From positions 25,048,001 to 25,112,000 of the forward strand of contig OZ365114.1 of the NCBI GenBank assembly GCA_977030845.1: a stretch of 64,000 bases of DNA, written 5' to 3'. Made by a program: the position numbers and the translations under genes. Shown in pieces: positions 58,413 through 64,000 of the stretch. The notes below the pieces were generated by a model. That model was not told the origin of the DNA. It saw only the letters and a program-made list of their open reading frames with translations, and searched no databases. Each line of letters opens with the position of its first letter. Position 1 is the first letter of the stretch. The DNA comes from Fimbriosthenelais zetlandica (taxonomy: Eukaryota).

Positions 58413-61400
58413 CAGACACGAGGCAGTTTACTATTTTCTGGCAGTAGTAACATCACAGTCCTAATCTAAGTGCCTTTGTGAATGAATAAAGAATTATGTA
58501 ATCATTTAAAATCAACATGCAGATAGTAAAGCGAACTTAGAGTGACATGAATGCAAGAATTGGCTGCCTGTCTACTGAAGGCTTCCAAGTCAATCTGCAG
58601 GTCAGCCATTTTGACACGTGATTACCTATAATGACCAATATATTGCTTTTCAAAAAGCATTTTAAAAACTGTTATTTTAGGAAATAAATCAGTAAACAAT
58701 TGTACAATTAGTTAATATACCCTTTTAAGTGTCTGAAAAAAATCATTATACTCTCAATTTCCTTGTCAGGGTTTTGGCTTTCAGTCCTTCCCAACATACA
58801 TGTACTTATGAAGATATTTTTGTGAAACAAAATATATTATAGCTATTTACCGTCCTGTGTGTTGTATGCTTCACAAAATTGAATGTCAAAATTTGAGTGC
58901 CCTGAAAGCTTGTACACCAAGTTGACTAACTGCAAGAATCGATTCATAAAAAGACACCCTTATTTTTCCAAAAGGATATGCAGACAATATACTATAGGGT
59001 ATGCAGTATTAGACTAGCTAGAAAGCTTACGTCTCTGAACCATCTACTGAAAGTTAATCCTTTTGCATGATTAGATCAGGGGAAGGGCCATGTACATAGT
59101 TTAATTAGAAGCACCTTGCCCACTGATGTGAAGTTATAGGATTTATCTATGCCACAAGAGAGAGTGAGAGAACCAGATGAAGCCCAACACTTCGCGTGGA
59201 CGGACAAATCTATTATTCCTGGGGACATAGTCTTTTTAAACTCCCGAAAGTATCAGATTCTGCTTCTAGACTTATACATGTGGAAATGTTGATCAATTTC
59301 CCAATTTATCTATACAACGTTTGTTCTATATTTCAAAGTCCCTAATTATTATATCGAAAATGTCTTTCTGTTGTTAATATATAATATTTTGAGTGTTATA
59401 AAGACGAGATTTTGTCCAGTGTAGATTATGTTATTCATTTGTTTAAAAGTAGAAAGAAACCTTCACTTTACAATTCATGCATGCATGCACACCATCATTT
59501 CTCAGGCAGATGTTATCTAGTTCTTATAGAGCATTGGCATAATAAATGGTATGACATTCCAAAAGAATGTTCATCATAAAATAGATACTAAAACATTCAT
59601 CACATACAGTATAGGATCGGCCCTCGACAATGTGCAATGACAATGTACAATTCATCATTAGAAGTCGCGGGCGCCTTTTTCTGCCAAATATAAGGAATAA
59701 GGAGCACCTACTAGGGGGATATCATAGCTATATATACAAGCTAGGTATGATAATATCACATTCTACTCATACGTCATATTTACTGATTCAAATAACATAA
59801 TTTACAGTCACAACTTTTGCTACAAAAACGTCAGCAAAACTGATTGACAGTATCCTCATCAGTGACCTGTCAAAGACCTTGGGAATACATGATATAAGAA
59901 GTGGTATCAAGTTAAAATAGATTCATACGACTATACACCTGCTTCATATTGCAGGTGATCCATGAATACTTTTACAAAGAATAAAGTGCCATCAGACAAC
60001 ATGATGGACAAATCTACTCCAAATAGTTTAGAATCAGATGGAAGGTGCGATGGTTGTTACCAACCGTCGATATCTGAGACTGTAGCATCATCATTAGTGT
60101 TTTTTTCTAATAATGGACATCTGTAACTTGGTGCTAACAACGTACTAGAAGGTAGATCTACACTTATATAACGCCTTTAAATGGGTCTGTTTTCGGGCTG
60201 TTGTCTTAAATGTGCAAGACTTCAGAGGATCTACCAAAGTAAAAATGGAGTAGTAAACAAGTAGGCATTGACACAAAGGGAATAAGTTTAACAACGGGCT
60301 TTGCAGTCCAAAGCAACAACATGATCAAGAATGATGCTTGGCCCAAATTGACGGGTTAACTTAAAAGGGGGGCATATGTCAGTTATCAAGTGGTTGGGGG
60401 ATATTTGGGAGGACAGCTGCTTGTCTCTCAGGAAACCCTAAATGGCTGAGAGCATTCTAACTATTAGACTGGTCTTGATTATGAACTCTGGGTTACAACA
60501 GGAGCCTGTTTGAAAACAAATATTAACCATGGACTTAGTATTGCTAATATTCCTTTTGAAACAGGCCTCAGGATACTGCTGTGAATGCCATGATGATAGC
60601 TGCATATCATATTCAGATTATCGTTCCAGCCACCTTCTTCTCCTAGAACGTAAAACATCAGTACGGGCTATTTCAGAGACAAAATTTCCTAAATCACTGG
60701 TCTTATAAAGGGTAGAATAACTACTATTTGTTTGCCTCTTTCTTTTACAAATACCAACAAATCCCATGTCCCAAACACCCTTTACAAATAAATCCAAATA
60801 TTTTGGAATGTTTTTACAGATGTAAGAAGTTTAAAAGTGTTTAAAGTGTTGATATGCATTTGGAGTCATGGCAAATATACTTTCATCTATCAGATTATGT
60901 TCAGTCACTGTACCCCTAGCATGATTGACTGGGATGCAATCTTCATCAATAGAAAAACATTCTATCATACAATTCTTCATTAAAAAAGAGCATGATGGCA
61001 CAGTCATAACATACATTTGACACATACATGGATGCTAGTTATGTTTGGGGTGTTGACATTAAAAATTGTTTCTAAGATGGAGATTTTCAAGAGTGTTCTT
61101 TTACCAGCATTTCCAAAACACACTTCCATCTTCTCATAGTCAAAACTGTTTACATAATACTCTTGATTCGATGCTGGAGTGCCCATGATTTCTGTCACCC
61201 TGAATCTTTCAGCCGAGTCAATGTGACTTATAGTAACACCAATACAACAACATCCTATAAATCGGGAGAAATAATGTAAATATTTACAGAGTAGAGAAAA
61301 TCACAAAAAGTGTCCCTTGGATTCAAAAAGGAAAATGATTGAGGGATTAAGTGGGAATAGTGCAAACAAAGGCTCAGATATCCAGCAAGCAAAACGTCCT

Positions 61401-63143
61401 GAATATATGTAGTCTTGTTTGCAAAGAACCACAGTATTCAGAGTCAAATTCAAGGTTCATGTCGAAGAACCTCTCGATAAATTGAGTAAGAATCTTTACG
61501 AAACAAACTCTGGTAGTTATAGTAGTACTTCAGATGTAGTTTGGCTTGACTGATGTTACTGCCGAAGCGATTTAGTTCTCCATAGCCTTGTGATAGGGGT
61601 TGGTAAAGGTCAGCCGATTAGAATTAAACTGGGCAGACCCTAACCTAGACTTTGTGATAGAAAAGAGTCAAGTCAAGTACTTAATAATGAAGCTTTAAAG
61701 TATGAATATAAAATTAATTTATCTTTTTAACATAACACCAATCAAGCGACTGAAAACATTGAGTACTGTCTTCGGTGGAAGACTAATCTACGGGCATATG
61801 AGAAGGTGATTCTTCTCATAACATGAAATGAGGAAATGTTGATGAAATTAGGAAGTAAACTAAGACTAGAAGACCAGCATTTTCAAGGACTTTAGGAAAT
61901 GTTCTGCACAGTAGTGAATATCTCAATGAAAAGGCAGTTCCAAGGAGAGCACGAAGACATGCAGTGAAATAGGTGCATCCTATCAGTTTCAGTGTGTGTC
62001 TAAAGGTGACCGTGCCAGAATTAGAGGATGGGACACTTTCAAATATAAAATAGGTATACTTTAACTAGCACCAAGTTCAGGGATTACAGATTAATCATGG
62101 TGTACTTTATAACATTATGAAAGTCTATGGTAATATTTTGATTAATACAAGTGTCAAAGACTGCTGTTTGTTGGATGCTATATTTTCATGTGATGTTGAT
62201 TAAACATATATGTAAGCCCTCTCTTCGTGCTTTCTCCTACCTTGTGGTGCTGGGAAATCTGTCAAAATATAAGACTCAGTCTCAATGACTAACTGAAAAC
62301 CACGTCATGGTACACTTATGTTAAACCTAAATGTTCTTGCAACACAAAAGAAACTTTAAATGACCTTAAATATTCTTTGGTTGCAATTAATTTGAACATG
62401 AATGTATACCATGAACAATAAACAAAATAAATCACTATTAATATACAACAACCGGTATACTATGCCACTGGTTCTGGTTATATGCTTGTCATAATCATGG
62501 CTTACATCAATAAGGTTGATGGTGCCACAATCACGTTGCTGAAGTTGGTAACAATCCTAATCTACACACATGGTAGGTCTATAGACAAGACCATATATGG
62601 AGAGACACTCAGTAAATGTGCATTTTTCACAACATTATAACCAGTATAAGGTATCACTAACCAGAATCGTAGCAAATAGCATCTGCCCGGAAGATACCTA
62701 TGGCAACATAATCATAAACATAATCTGACAATTGCCCTCACTAAATAAACTTAATCACTCTCCTCCCCTGCTCTTTAGGCTATAGTTTTCTATCGCTAAC
62801 CTAATTCTACACCATTTTTCGGGCAATGAACCCATGTTTTCCGATGGTATATCCTGCATCTCTCTATGCTAGAAATCGTATTACTCTCAATTGGTAAAAC
62901 AATTGAGAAAACAATCCACATGTTTTGGTACTTATTAGTGCTTAAAATACTTAAATATTAAAGTTCCTTTTCAATAAACCACATGAGATTATTCAATTTG
63001 ATTGAAAATCTCTTAATCTTTTTGTTGATAACATTTTTTGATTAGATTTCCAGGATGAGGGACGATGCGGGACTGGTGATGGGTCCCCGTTGCTATGGCA
63101 ACAGTTGCTATGTACTACTATAGCTACTAGAGTAATGGTGATG

Positions 63144-63386
63144 TCAGTCGTCGGAGGATGTGCTGTCACGATCACTGCTGCTCGTGTCGAAGATGCCACC
63201 TCCCCAGCCATGAAGGCCCGTCATTCGTTTTCTTGGCTTTGTGCGCCTTGTAGTGGTGATGATCTCTGGTTCTGGTTCCCCAGTGTCAGAGTCAGGATCA
63301 GGCGGTCTAGGTGGAGCTGTATGATTCTGTGGACTCTTACGTTGAGCCCCATTACCTGTCATAACATTCTCGTATGTTGGCAGCTC
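63144..63386 (-). CDS. Probable terminal coding exon of a minus-strand gene whose 5' exons likely lie beyond the window (cytoplasmic-tail-like, LPTY motif)
   Basis: Strong acceptor tttctgttttgtag|GAG, then 80 open codons ELPTYENVMTGNGAQRKSPQNHTAPPRPPDPDSD...DSTSSDD*. The segment is locally GC-richer than its flanks. Confidence 0.55.
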   Translation of the reverse strand, partial: ELPTYENVMTGNGAQRKSPQNHTAPPRPPDPDSDTGEPEPEIITTTRRTKPRKRMTGLHGWGGGIFDTSSSDRDSTSSDD

Positions 63387-64000
63387 CTACAAAACAGAAA
63401 GACTCCATGAGCTCATGAAAGTACCCAGAAATTCAGTGTATGGCTTCGCAAATGCCTGTTGTCTGGAAAGATCGGAGTCCGGCATATATCTAGTTCAATA
63501 TACTAAGCAAAGTGATAGCATATTTTCTGTTGTGTGGAACAAAATTTAGTCAAAATAATTTACCAAATACAAACAAATTTTTCATTTAATGCTCATCATG
63601 TAACTGCCAAAAATGATTAATAATGTTTAACGTTTAACAAATGATAATATCATTCCCATCTACAGTTGTTTAAGGGGCTTAACCTTTCTGGAGCTTATTA
63701 ATTAATATTTCTTTTTCTACAAAGCACTATATTTGAGCAATGTTTTAAATAGAAATAATGTTGCATGATAAAAAGCTACAAGTAGGGTAGTGAAGCTGGC
63801 AGAGGAACTTGGCCTATTCTGTAATACAGAAACTGTTGCCGTTCTGGACACATTATCGGTTCACATAATTTCCCTAACCCAAGGAAAGAATTTCATGAAT
63901 ACAAATTATCATTAAGGCCAAATGAGGGGGAAAGGAAATAAAAACTACATTATGTTTCAAAAGGGAAACTGAATAACTTTGTTTTGTAAACTCTAATGAT

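Overview
AT-rich, intron-containing animal genomic DNA, probably from an invertebrate (an echinoderm is plausible, but this is inference only). No prokaryotic features, CRISPR arrays or recognisable rRNA/tRNA genes were seen. I assembled four complete spliced genes by hand from GT-AG sites with consistent phases: (1) glycogenin on + (1235-24105); (2) an SLC18B1-like MFS transporter on + (28931-33333, 13 exons, 489 aa); (3) a polycystin-1-family PKD/REJ/GAIN/PLAT/TRP-channel gene on - (51914-37351, 39 exons, 3333 aa); (4) an unrecognised ~4-TM protein gene on + (54306-55957, 324 aa). There is also a terminal exon of a fifth gene on - (63386-63144) and a TIR-bounded non-autonomous transposon (56579-58412). 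The standout is the glycogenin locus. A 5.07-kb Pro/Glu/Ala/Val-rich ORF in intron 1 ends in a phase-1 donor (A|GTTAGT, 13656/13657) that splices in frame onto glycogenin exon 2, predicting a ~2,014-aa glycogenin with a PEVK-like arm tipped by eight [KR]KWG motifs. A second in-frame 699-nt cassette exon (21579-22277; Tyr-rich, then Cys/His-rich) sits in the linker between the catalytic domain and the glycogen-synthase-binding tail. The polycystin has a GPS lacking the HL|T/S autoproteolysis tripeptide. All splice models are predictions and need transcript evidence.
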